IMG/VR virus record: IMGVR_UViG_3300022895_000008
Coordinates: 1 to 38,390 of that record
Length of the DNA: 38,390 nt
Strand: one strand, 5' to 3'
Source: a virus
Taxonomy: Duplodnaviria; Caudoviricetes
Positions within the stretch are counted from its first letter, which is position 1. Every line of letters begins with the position of its first letter. Of the stretch, positions 6,409 through 15,021 are shown piece by piece. The translations under genes and the position numbers were made by a program. The notes below the pieces were generated by a model. The model saw nothing but the letters and a program-made list of their open reading frames with translations, was not told the DNA's origin and searched no databases.

Positions 6409-8087
6409 TGTTATTTGAAAAAGCGATAGAGTACGCCGAGCGAGTAGTCGCCGGGAAAGAAATAACAACGAAAGAGGTTATTATCCAGTGTCATTGGTTT
6501 TTGCGAGACTTAGAAAAACAACATGACGATGATTTCAAATATTATTTCGATGCGGCAGAAGTTGAAAAAATCGAAGGTTTATTGCAGCTATTAAATTTTG
6601 CAACCGGGTTAGGTGTCATAGGGAAAACAATTGCTGAAGGTTTGGAACTATTCCAAGCCTTTTTTTTAGTGAATATTTTCGGTTGGCGATTTAAAAGCGA
6701 TTCTGAAAAATACCGTTTTCGTGATGTGACATTGTTCATTCCGCGTAAGAATGCGAAAACTTTTATTTGTGCGTTAATCCTGATTATTTTAATGCTAACA
6801 GAGGACGATTATTCCGAGTTTTATTCTATTTGTTTAGATAGAGAGTTAGCCGGCGAAGTAAAAAAAGCTATGACGCAGATTATCGAAGCAAGCCCGCACG
6901 TTGCGGATTATTTCACAATCCCGAAAACACTTAGCGGAAAAATTAAATGTAAAATCACAAATAGTTTTTATCAAGCACGTACCGGCGAAGCAAATCGAAA
7001 CAATGCGATTCGTCCAAGTGCTTTCATAGCCGACGAAGTAGGGGCATTCAAAGATTATAGCAATATTAACGCTATGAAATCCGGGCAATTAAACGTTAAA
7101 AATCCGTTGCGTTTTAAATTAACGACGGCTTATGCGGAAGATAAATCTATCATGCTAGAAGAAATCAGTTACATAAAGAAAGTTTTCAACGGCTTTATTG
7201 AGGACGACAGAATGTTTGCCCTGCTTTATTACGCTGAAAAGGAAAACTTATGGAATGATACCGGGTTGTATCAAGCAAATCCGTTGCGAATCGAAGCTAA
7301 CTATAATGAGATTCGCGATAGCCGAAAATCAGCCGTAGAAAAGCCGTTAGAACGTGAAGAATACTTGTGTAAACATATGAATCATTTCTTGCCTAGTGCC
7401 AGCGGTGAAGCCTATGTAAACGTCAATGACGTTCGAAAATGTAAAATTGATAGCTTCGATTGGTCCGGGCGTAACGTCTGGATAGGGCTAGACTTAGCCA
7501 TGACAACGGACAATTGCTCATATTCGATGGTTACAGAAGAAGATCAAAAAATATATGCCGATTCTTTCGCATTCGTGCCAACGGAACGCATACCCGAAAA
7601 AAACAGGCTAGAGAAAATTAATTATCATGATTTCATTCAAGCCGGTAAATGTTTTTCTTGTGGAGATATGACCGTCGATTATGGTTTTATCGAAGAAATG
7701 ATTTTGGCTATCGAAGAAAAGCACAATGTTTTTGTTATGGGTGTGGGCTATGACCGTTATAATTGCCTCTCAACAGCCCAAAAGCTAGAGCGTGCCGGAA
7801 TGGTAACGGTTGAAGTAAAACAACATTCTAGCGTATTGCATCCTGCTACAAAGCTATTGAAAGAAAAGATATTAAACAAAGAATTTCATTACACTGAAAA
7901 TGTATTGCTCGAAGAAAACTTTCAAAATGCGAAAGTAACCGAGGACACCAACAAAAATATATATGTCAACAAAAAGAAATCAACCGGGAAAGTCGATATG
8001 GTTGTCAGTTTAATAAATGCAATTTATTTATTACAGCAGGACGTATATTTCAACGAGGATAGCGATTGGGGCGCGCAATCATTTTAA
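6408..8087 (+). CDS. terL: Terminase large subunit
   Basis: Walker A IPRKNAKT, Walker B FIADE, nuclease GLDLA..D, KVDMVVS. Confidence 0.97.
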   Translation: MLFEKAIEYAERVVAGKEITTKEVIIQCHWFLRDLEKQHDDDFKYYFDAAEVEKIEGLLQLLNFATGLGVIGKTIAEGLELFQAFFLVNIFGWRFKSDSEKYRFRDVTLFIPRKNAKTFICALILIILMLTEDDYSEFYSICLDRELAGEVKKAMTQIIEASPHVADYFTIPKTLSGKIKCKITNSFYQARTGEANRNNAIRPSAFIADEVGAFKDYSNINAMKSGQLNVKNPLRFKLTTAYAEDKSIMLEEISYIKKVFNGFIEDDRMFALLYYAEKENLWNDTGLYQANPLRIEANYNEIRDSRKSAVEKPLEREEYLCKHMNHFLPSASGEAYVNVNDVRKCKIDSFDWSGRNVWIGLDLAMTTDNCSYSMVTEEDQKIYADSFAFVPTERIPEKNRLEKINYHDFIQAGKCFSCGDMTVDYGFIEEMILAIEEKHNVFVMGVGYDRYNCLSTAQKLERAGMVTVEVKQHSSVLHPATKLLKEKILNKEFHYTENVLLEENFQNAKVTEDTNKNIYVNKKKSTGKVDMVVSLINAIYLLQQDVYFNEDSDWGAQSF

Positions 8088-8101
8088 GGAGGTGAGAAAA
8101 A

Positions 8102-9400
8102 ATGAATTTGTTTAATTGGTTCGGCAAGAAAGAAAATCGAGAAAATGCAGTCGAGCCGGGCGAAGCTGAAACGCTCGAAGATATTTTATTATCTGGCGGC
8201 TTGCAAAGTAAGCCAGTCACAAAGCAACAAGCCCTTAACATACCGGCGGTGAGTGCGTGTGTGAATGTTATTTCGGATTGTATCGCTAGTTTACCGATTT
8301 ATCTTTATAAAGAAGATGGTAAAAAGATTGAAAAGATCCTAAACGATCCACGTATTACATTGTTGAATGATGAAACCGGCGATACGCTAGATGCATTTCA
8401 GTTTAAAAAGGCAATCATTACTGATTATCTTTTGTCTGGTGGTGGCTATGCGTTTGTTAATCGACAACGAAACAACGTTAAAAGTTTGCATTATGTAGAA
8501 GCCGCGCATATGGGCATCCAACAAAACAACGATCCAATATTCAAAGATTATAGGCTTTTAGTAAACGGTGCTTTTTATGAAGGTTATCAGTTTATTAAAA
8601 TGACACGTAATACAACGGATGGAATCACCGGCAAGGGCATTATAGCCGAGAATAATAAATTGCTTTCGGTTGTATATAGTTCGTTGGTTTATGAAGATGT
8701 CCTATTACAAACAGGCGGCAATAAAAAAGGTTTCTTGAAGTCTGCCGGGCGTCTATCGAAAGAAGCGATCCAAGAATTAAAGGCGGCATGGCGTAAATTG
8801 TATTCCAACAATACCGAGAATGTAGTCGTTTTAAATAACGGTCTGGATTTTAAAGAAGCAAGTTCGTCCAGTGTGGAATTACAGTTGAATGAGAATAAGA
8901 AAACCAATGCCGACGAAATTTGTAAAATCTTTTTAACGCCGCCGTCAATTCTGAATGGTACAGCGAGCGAAGATACAACAACAAACTGGATAAAAACGTG
9001 TATTGTGCCTAAGTTACTGGCGTTACAAACGGCGTTAAACAAAGACCTTTTACTACCAAGTGAAAAAGGGTCTTTTTATTTTGCCTTCGATACTAAGGAA
9101 TTGTTAAAGGGCGACATAGAAAAACGCTTTAAAGCCTACGAAATCGGCGCGAAAAACGGCATTTTGCAGATTGATGAAATCCGTTATATGGAAGACTTAG
9201 ATCCATTAGGGCTAGATTTCATAAAACTAGGGTTGCAGGACGTTTTATATGATCCGAAAACAAAAACGATTTACACGCCTAACACTGATAAAACAGCAAA
9301 GATGGACAATTCGAAAGATGGTTCGAACGTTAATTCGAATGAAGAATTAAACGTTGACAATCCATCGAAGGGAGGTGAAGAAAATGACAATGAAAATTGA
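8102..9400 (+). CDS. Portal protein, HK97 family
   Basis: AVSACVNVISDCIASLP; IDEIRYMEDLDP. Confidence 0.95.
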   Translation: MNLFNWFGKKENRENAVEPGEAETLEDILLSGGLQSKPVTKQQALNIPAVSACVNVISDCIASLPIYLYKEDGKKIEKILNDPRITLLNDETGDTLDAFQFKKAIITDYLLSGGGYAFVNRQRNNVKSLHYVEAAHMGIQQNNDPIFKDYRLLVNGAFYEGYQFIKMTRNTTDGITGKGIIAENNKLLSVVYSSLVYEDVLLQTGGNKKGFLKSAGRLSKEAIQELKAAWRKLYSNNTENVVVLNNGLDFKEASSSSVELQLNENKKTNADEICKIFLTPPSILNGTASEDTTTNWIKTCIVPKLLALQTALNKDLLLPSEKGSFYFAFDTKELLKGDIEKRFKAYEIGAKNGILQIDEIRYMEDLDPLGLDFIKLGLQDVLYDPKTKTIYTPNTDKTAKMDNSKDGSNVNSNEELNVDNPSKGGEENDNEN

Positions 9401-9995
9401 AGTACGCGGCAATCAAGTTTTATTAGATGGCTACGTTAACGCGGTTGGTCGTGAAAGTCGCGTGTTACCGTCACCAAAAGGAAAATTTGTTGAAGTGATT
9501 ATGCCGCAAACATTCGAAAAGGCATTGCGAAATAATCCCGATGTGGACTTGCTTTTCAATCACGATAAAAGCCGAAAACTAGGCTCAACAACCGACGGAA
9601 ATCTCGAATTGTACGAGGATGCTATAGGGCTTCGCGCATTAGCTACCGTTACCGATCCAGAAGTTATTGCAAAAGCTGAAAAAGGCGAATTAAAAGGGTG
9701 GTCGTTCGGCTTTATCTCAAATGATGATAAATGGGAGCCGCGCGAAAATGCGGTGCAACGTCGGGAAATTAGAGAAATGGACTTACTCGAAGTTTCTATT
9801 TTGGACAAAACGCCGGCTTATATTGCTACTTCTATTGAAGCACGCGGGGAAGAAAATGTAATTTCAGAGGTTCGAAACCATGAATTTGATCTACGAAACG
9901 CAATTCAGACGAATCGAAATGATGATTCGTGGACAATTGCCCATTCGATTAACGTGAGACAGTTAGAAATTTTAAAATTAAAAGGTGGAAATTAA
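9384..9995 (+). CDS. Prohead protease, HK97 family
   Basis: LLFNHD, WSFGF, LLEVSI...PAY; GGAGGTGA RBS. Confidence 0.95.
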   Translation: MTMKIEVRGNQVLLDGYVNAVGRESRVLPSPKGKFVEVIMPQTFEKALRNNPDVDLLFNHDKSRKLGSTTDGNLELYEDAIGLRALATVTDPEVIAKAEKGELKGWSFGFISNDDKWEPRENAVQRREIREMDLLEVSILDKTPAYIATSIEARGEENVISEVRNHEFDLRNAIQTNRNDDSWTIAHSINVRQLEILKLKGGN

Positions 9996-9997
9996 AA

Positions 9998-11182
9998 ATG
10001 AATCTTATTATTGCTAAAAAACGCAAAGCAAAACAAATTGAAACACGTTCAATGCCTACTTTAGTAGAGCAACGAAATAACTTATTAGCTGAAATGGAAA
10101 CGCTAGTAGATACAGCACAAACAGAAACACGCGCATTTACAGAAACGGAAAATACACGTTTCGATGAAATTAAAAATGAAATTGCTGCTATTGATAAAAC
10201 AATTAATGCTTTCGAAGAATCACGCGCATTTGAGCCAACAAAGCCAGTTGTTGCGCCAGTGAAAGAAGAACGCGCATTACAAGAAGAACGCGCATTTGCT
10301 AACTATATTCGTGGCGTTGTAGAAGAACGCGCAGAGGTGAATTTGACAGTTGGCGAAAATGGCGCAGTAATTCCAAAAACTATTGCGGCAAAAATCATTA
10401 CGCGAGTTAAGGACATTTGCCCGATTTATCAAATGTCAACACTTTACAACGTTGGCGGTACACTTTCAATTCCGTTTTATGATGAAAGTTCATCGTCTAT
10501 CAAAATGGCATATGCTACCGAGTTTGCAGAGTTAGAAGGTTCAAGCGCGAAATTCGATAGCGTTCAATTAACAGGATTTTTAGCCGGTGCATTAAGCAAG
10601 GTTTCGAAATCCCTTGTAAACAATTCAGATTTTGATTTAACTGCATTTGTGGTTAATGCAATGGCAGAAGCTATTTCTGAATGGATTGAAAACGAATTAT
10701 TAAATGGTACAACTGGCAAGGTTGAAGGACTTAGCACAGTAAAGCAAGCAGTAACAACAGCTAGCGCAATTGCAGTTACACCGGATGAATTAATCGACTT
10801 ACAAGAAACAGTACGCGATCAATTCCAAGCCGGTTCAATCTGGATCATGAATCGTGAAACACGAAAAGCGATTCGTAAATTAAAAGACAACGACGGAAAC
10901 TATATTTTAAATAAAGATGTAACTGCAAAATGGGGATATACGTTATTCGGTAAAGATGTTTTCACATCTGACAATATGCCAACAATGGCGGCAGGAAAAA
11001 CGGCTATTTACTACGGTGACATGTCCGGTTTAGCCGTAAAATTAACGGAAAAAGTATCAATTGAAATCCTACGCGAAAAATACTCGACACAGCACGCTAT
11101 TGGCGTTGTTGGTTGGATCGAAATTGACGCGAAGCTAGAAAACACGCAAAAGATCGCAAAATTAGTAATGAAATCAGCTTAA
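9998..11182 (+). CDS. Major capsid protein, HK97 fold
   Basis: N-terminal coiled-coil delta domain; GAVIPKTI, LLNGT, WIMN..T..AIRKLKDNDGNYI. Confidence 0.96.
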   Translation: MNLIIAKKRKAKQIETRSMPTLVEQRNNLLAEMETLVDTAQTETRAFTETENTRFDEIKNEIAAIDKTINAFEESRAFEPTKPVVAPVKEERALQEERAFANYIRGVVEERAEVNLTVGENGAVIPKTIAAKIITRVKDICPIYQMSTLYNVGGTLSIPFYDESSSSIKMAYATEFAELEGSSAKFDSVQLTGFLAGALSKVSKSLVNNSDFDLTAFVVNAMAEAISEWIENELLNGTTGKVEGLSTVKQAVTTASAIAVTPDELIDLQETVRDQFQAGSIWIMNRETRKAIRKLKDNDGNYILNKDVTAKWGYTLFGKDVFTSDNMPTMAAGKTAIYYGDMSGLAVKLTEKVSIEILREKYSTQHAIGVVGWIEIDAKLENTQKIAKLVMKSA

Positions 11183-11211
11183 AGAGTACGGCGCGAGCCG
11201 TATTCTTTTTT
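11182..11211 (+). terminator. Terminator after capsid gene
   Basis: AAGAGTACGGC-GCGA-GCCGTATTCTT-TTTT. Confidence 0.85.
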
Positions 11212-11237
11212 CTTCTTTAAAAAGGCGGTGAACAAAC

Positions 11238-11414
11238 TTGAAATATAAAATTATTGAAAATTTCGCAGGCGTAGTTAGTGGGCGCATGAATGAAATTATA
11301 ACGATCACTGATAAAGAGATCGCAAATGATTTACTAGCGGCGCGATATATTGAGCCAGTTAAAACAACAGCAGCAAAAGGGCGTTCAAAGGACGTTGAAA
11401 CGGATGAAAGTTAG
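11238..11414 (+). CDS. Small head-associated hypothetical protein (58 aa)
   Basis: TTG start after AAGGCGGTGA; KYKIIENFAG...IANDLLAARYIEPV. Confidence 0.65.
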   Translation: MKYKIIENFAGVVSGRMNEIITITDKEIANDLLAARYIEPVKTTAAKGRSKDVETDES

Positions 11415-11694
11415 TGAATTAACAGTTTCAGATTTAATGAATTATGCACATGAATATTCGGACGATCCAGAGACATTAAAACTTTTTGCAACTCTTTTAA
11501 TTGTGGCGAAGGGCTATGTAAAAAGTTATACCGGGTTATCAGATGAACAAATCGACGCAATACCAGATTTAATAATTGCGGTAAAAATTGTTGCAAATGA
11601 AATGTATGATAATCGAGCATTGACCGTACAAAACGATAAAGTTAATCCGGTTGTGAAAACGATCCTAGATATGCATTCAATCAATTTATTGTAG
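11404..11694 (+). CDS. Head-tail connector (HK97 gp6-like)
   Basis: AKGYVKSYTG...VANEMYDNR...VKTILDMHSINLL. Confidence 0.88.
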   Translation: MKVSELTVSDLMNYAHEYSDDPETLKLFATLLIVAKGYVKSYTGLSDEQIDAIPDLIIAVKIVANEMYDNRALTVQNDKVNPVVKTILDMHSINLL

Positions 11695-11705
11695 GGTGTG
11701 GGCGT

Positions 11706-12038
11706 ATGAATCCGGGTAAATTACGACATAAAATCGAAGTACATGGCAATATAAAAGGCAAAAACGAAGTAGGGGAAACAACCTATACATTCGGAATGAT
11801 TGGAAAACCAATACAAGCTGAAATTATCCCACAAACAGGCACATTGCAGAAACAACAAGCTGATACGATTTTGACGAATGTAACGCATAAAATCAAAGTT
11901 AGATATTCGGCAGGTAAACACATTACAAAAAATATGCAACTGTTTTTTAGAAAACAGAAATTCGAAATTAAATATATTTTGAATCCGTATTTTAAGGATG
12001 AATGGCTAGAAATTTTTTGCGAGGAATTGAGCGAATAA
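11706..12038 (+). CDS. Head closure protein (SPP1 gp16-like)
   Basis: MNPGKLRHKI...THKIKVRY...LEIFCEE. Confidence 0.9.
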   Translation: MNPGKLRHKIEVHGNIKGKNEVGETTYTFGMIGKPIQAEIIPQTGTLQKQQADTILTNVTHKIKVRYSAGKHITKNMQLFFRKQKFEIKYILNPYFKDEWLEIFCEELSE

Positions 12039-12463
12039 TGTCATTTGAAATTAACGGTTTAACTGAAATGCAACGAAGTTTATTAGACGTTGCACAAAGA
12101 AAGCTACCAAAGGAAACGAAAAAGGTTATGCGTAAAGCAGGATCAAAAGCGCGCACGACGGTAGCAAGAAAAGCACGTTCAAAAGTAAAAAAGCGTACTG
12201 GCAACTATCACAAGAAATTTAAGCGCGGTAAAGTCTTTGTAAATCAACAAGGCGAAACCGTTGTTCGTGTGATAAATTCATCCCCGCACGCCCACTTAAT
12301 CGAAGATGGACACATACAAACGGACAAAGACGGGCGCGAAATCGGGTTCGTACGAGGTTTTAAAGTCATGGATCAAGGAATGCAAGATTTCGATAATTCC
12401 GGTCAATATGAACAAATATTAGGTGACTGGATCGACGAATTATTGAAGGATGGAAAGCTATGA
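12038..12463 (+). CDS. HK97 gp10-like neck protein
   Basis: KRTGNY...PHAHLIEDGH...GFVRG. Confidence 0.85.
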   Translation: MSFEINGLTEMQRSLLDVAQRKLPKETKKVMRKAGSKARTTVARKARSKVKKRTGNYHKKFKRGKVFVNQQGETVVRVINSSPHAHLIEDGHIQTDKDGREIGFVRGFKVMDQGMQDFDNSGQYEQILGDWIDELLKDGKL

Positions 12464-12885
12464 TTACCTACAAACAAATAAAAAAGGCGATTAACGAAAA
12501 ATTAACGACGAAATTCGAAATTGAAATTAATAGCCGCGATATTAAAGAAGGATTTTCACGCCCTTCTTTTTTTGTTGATTTCGAAAACATAGGTAAAACC
12601 AGTTTAGAATCACAAATCGAGCGATCATTCACCGTTAGAATTTACTTTTTCCCAACAGATAAAAATTCTCCTTCGATGGAAATTTTAGAGATCCTGGAAG
12701 GGCTAGAAGAAATATTCGATTTAAAACTACGAGTCGAAGATCGGCATTTTAATATTTTCGAAACAAAAGGCGAAACAACCGACGGCGTACTACAATTCGA
12801 ATTTGACATTAATTACGAAGATGGACGCGAGATCGAAGAAGCCGAAACAATGCAAGAATTAGAATATAAAAACGAGGTGCAATAA
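12460..12885 (+). CDS. Tail terminator-like protein
   Basis: IKEGFSRPSFFV; position before sheath. Confidence 0.75.
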   Translation: MITYKQIKKAINEKLTTKFEIEINSRDIKEGFSRPSFFVDFENIGKTSLESQIERSFTVRIYFFPTDKNSPSMEILEILEGLEEIFDLKLRVEDRHFNIFETKGETTDGVLQFEFDINYEDGREIEEAETMQELEYKNEVQ

Positions 12886-13953
12886 ATGGGATTACCAGAG
12901 GTTAAAATTACGTTTACTTCGAAAGCAAATACAGCTATGAAGCGAAGCGAGCAAGGCGTCGTATTATTGGTTTTAGAAGATACAACGTCGAGCGTTGCGG
13001 CAACGGTTACAGAATATAAGGGGTTCGAAAATATCGTTGATAAAGATTGGACGCCGGAAAATTACGATTTAATCGAAAAAACGTTTTTAGGTTCTCCAAG
13101 TAAAGTAATTATTGTTCGTCGAGGGGTTGCGGCAGAAAATCCAATCGCTGATGTACTGGCAAAAGTGAAAAACAAACGTTTTAACTATTTAGCCGTACCG
13201 GGTGCAGATACAGCAGATACAACAGCACTTACAACATGGATTAAGGCGCGACGCGATACGGAAGATAAAACAGTTAAAGCCGTACTAGCGAATCAAAAAG
13301 CAGATCATGAAGGCGTTGTTAATTTCACAACTGAAAAAATTATGGTTGGTGAAAAAGAATATACGGCGGCGCAATATACAGGACGTATTGCCGGGATCTT
13401 AGCAGGCATTCCGTTTACAGAATCAGCAACGTATTTCGTACTGGATGAAGTAACAGGAATCGAAGAAAAAGAAGATCCGAACGCGGCTATCGACAACGGA
13501 GAATTAATTCTTGTGGACGACGGAGAGAAATTCAAGATTGGTCGCGGTGTCAACAGCCTAACAACATTAACAGCCGGAAAAAATAAAGAATGGCAAAAAA
13601 TCAAGATCGTTGAAATTTTCGACATGGTGAAAGACGATGTGCGCGACACATTCAACAATAAATACGTTGGTAAAGTGCCGAACATTTACGACAATCAACT
13701 TTTGTTTGTTATCGAGGTAAACAACTATTTCAAATTGCTACAAGATGAACAAATCTTAGATAACAAAGCCGACAACAAATCATGGATTGACATAGAAGCA
13801 CTTCGCGCGGCGTGGAAAGAAATTGGATCGCCTTATGCAGATTTAGAGGACGACAAACTAAAAGAAATGTCATTCGGTAGTACCGTTTTCTTATCTGGCG
13901 CAATTAAAGCCGTTGACGCAACAGAAGATTTACAATTCAAAATTACAGCGTAA
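12886..13953 (+). CDS. Tail sheath protein (XkdK-like)
   Basis: ADHEGVVN, RIAGILAG, KIGRGVNSLTT, YVGKVPN. Confidence 0.93.
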   Translation: MGLPEVKITFTSKANTAMKRSEQGVVLLVLEDTTSSVAATVTEYKGFENIVDKDWTPENYDLIEKTFLGSPSKVIIVRRGVAAENPIADVLAKVKNKRFNYLAVPGADTADTTALTTWIKARRDTEDKTVKAVLANQKADHEGVVNFTTEKIMVGEKEYTAAQYTGRIAGILAGIPFTESATYFVLDEVTGIEEKEDPNAAIDNGELILVDDGEKFKIGRGVNSLTTLTAGKNKEWQKIKIVEIFDMVKDDVRDTFNNKYVGKVPNIYDNQLLFVIEVNNYFKLLQDEQILDNKADNKSWIDIEALRAAWKEIGSPYADLEDDKLKEMSFGSTVFLSGAIKAVDATEDLQFKITA

Positions 13954-13968
13954 AAGAGGTCGTTCAAA

Positions 13969-14406
13969 ATGGGAAAAAAAATCAAAGCAAATAAAGTAAT
14001 TAACGGCACATTCGGTAGCGTGTGGGTAAACGGTGAAAAATGGCAAGACATCGAAGCACTAGAGTTAAAAGTTACGCTCGAATATGAAGATGTAACAATG
14101 CCAGAAGATTTAGCAACACATAAAAAATTAATCGGTTGGACAGGCGAAGGAAGTATGACAGTAAAACGTGTATATAGTCGCGGATCTCGTTTATTAGCGG
14201 CGGCAACAAAAGCCGGTCAAATTCCAGACATTACAATCGTTACAAAATTAGCCGATCCAGATTCGTATGGTACAGAGCGAACAACCGTTTCAGAAGTTAC
14301 ATTTAACGAATTTTTATTATCGGCTTTCGAACAAAAAACATTAGGAAAAGAAGAATTATCATTTAACTTCGCTGAATTCGATTTATTAGAATCAATCGCG
14401 GCATAA
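13969..14406 (+). CDS. Tail tube protein (XkdM-like)
   Basis: VINGTFGSVWVNG, GEGSMT, KLADPDSYG. Confidence 0.92.
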   Translation: MGKKIKANKVINGTFGSVWVNGEKWQDIEALELKVTLEYEDVTMPEDLATHKKLIGWTGEGSMTVKRVYSRGSRLLAAATKAGQIPDITIVTKLADPDSYGTERTTVSEVTFNEFLLSAFEQKTLGKEELSFNFAEFDLLESIAA

Positions 14407-14426
14407 AAAGAATGGAGAGAGACAAC

Positions 14427-14828
14427 ATGACAAAAGCTATCGTAAAACAATTAACAATTCAAGATTTAATTCGAGACAAGGACAAAAACAAAGCAAAAAA
14501 CGCCGGTGAAACGACTGTTAAAATTGAACGTTTAGGGGCAGCAGTAACATTCGAAAATCCGGATCGTATGCTTTGCATGGATGCTTTGGAAATGGCGCGA
14601 AATCCAGAAACAACGGATCAAGCCGACAAATTTCTAGTGTATTCAGTTATGAAGAATCCTAACTTGAAAGATCCAGAATTGCAAAAGGCGTATGAATGCG
14701 TAGAGCCTACCGACATTGTTCAAGAAATTTTTGAGTTAGGGGAAATTTCGGAAATCGCAATGTTAGCACTTGAAAAGGGCGGCGTAAAACGCGGTACTAT
14801 TTCGGTGGTTGAAGATTTAAAAAACTAA
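14427..14828 (+). CDS. Tail assembly chaperone (XkdN-like, G product)
   Basis: PNLKDPELQKAY...GEI; ends at slippery site ...EDLKN. Confidence 0.85.
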   Translation: MTKAIVKQLTIQDLIRDKDKNKAKNAGETTVKIERLGAAVTFENPDRMLCMDALEMARNPETTDQADKFLVYSVMKNPNLKDPELQKAYECVEPTDIVQEIFELGEISEIAMLALEKGGVKRGTISVVEDLKN

Positions 14829-14986
14829 TTAAGAGTGATGATGAATTATATTTTCTTCATCACTATTTGCAAAAGGGTTTCAAGCTAGATTATTTATTAA
14901 ATCTAACTATTCACGAAAAGGTTTTTATGATGGCTAGCTTAGATTTTTATTTAGATACTCAAAAGGCTATGACTAACATGTTATAG
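14819..14986 (+). CDS. -1 frameshift extension of the tail chaperone (GT product)
   Basis: A AAA AAC slippery heptamer; -1 frame open for 53 codons LIKSDDELYFLHHYLQKG...EKVFMMAS, with no RBS or start of its own. Confidence 0.8.
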   Translation, partial: KKLIKSDDELYFLHHYLQKGFKLDYLLNLTIHEKVFMMASLDFYLDTQKAMTNML

Positions 14987-14993
14987 CCTTTTT
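14961..14993 (+). terminator. Terminator/attenuator before tape measure gene
   Basis: AAAAGGCTATGAC-TAACAT-GTTATAGCCTTTT-T. Confidence 0.7.
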
Positions 14994-15021
14994 GTTATAT
15001 AAGGCGGTGAGAATATAGTTT

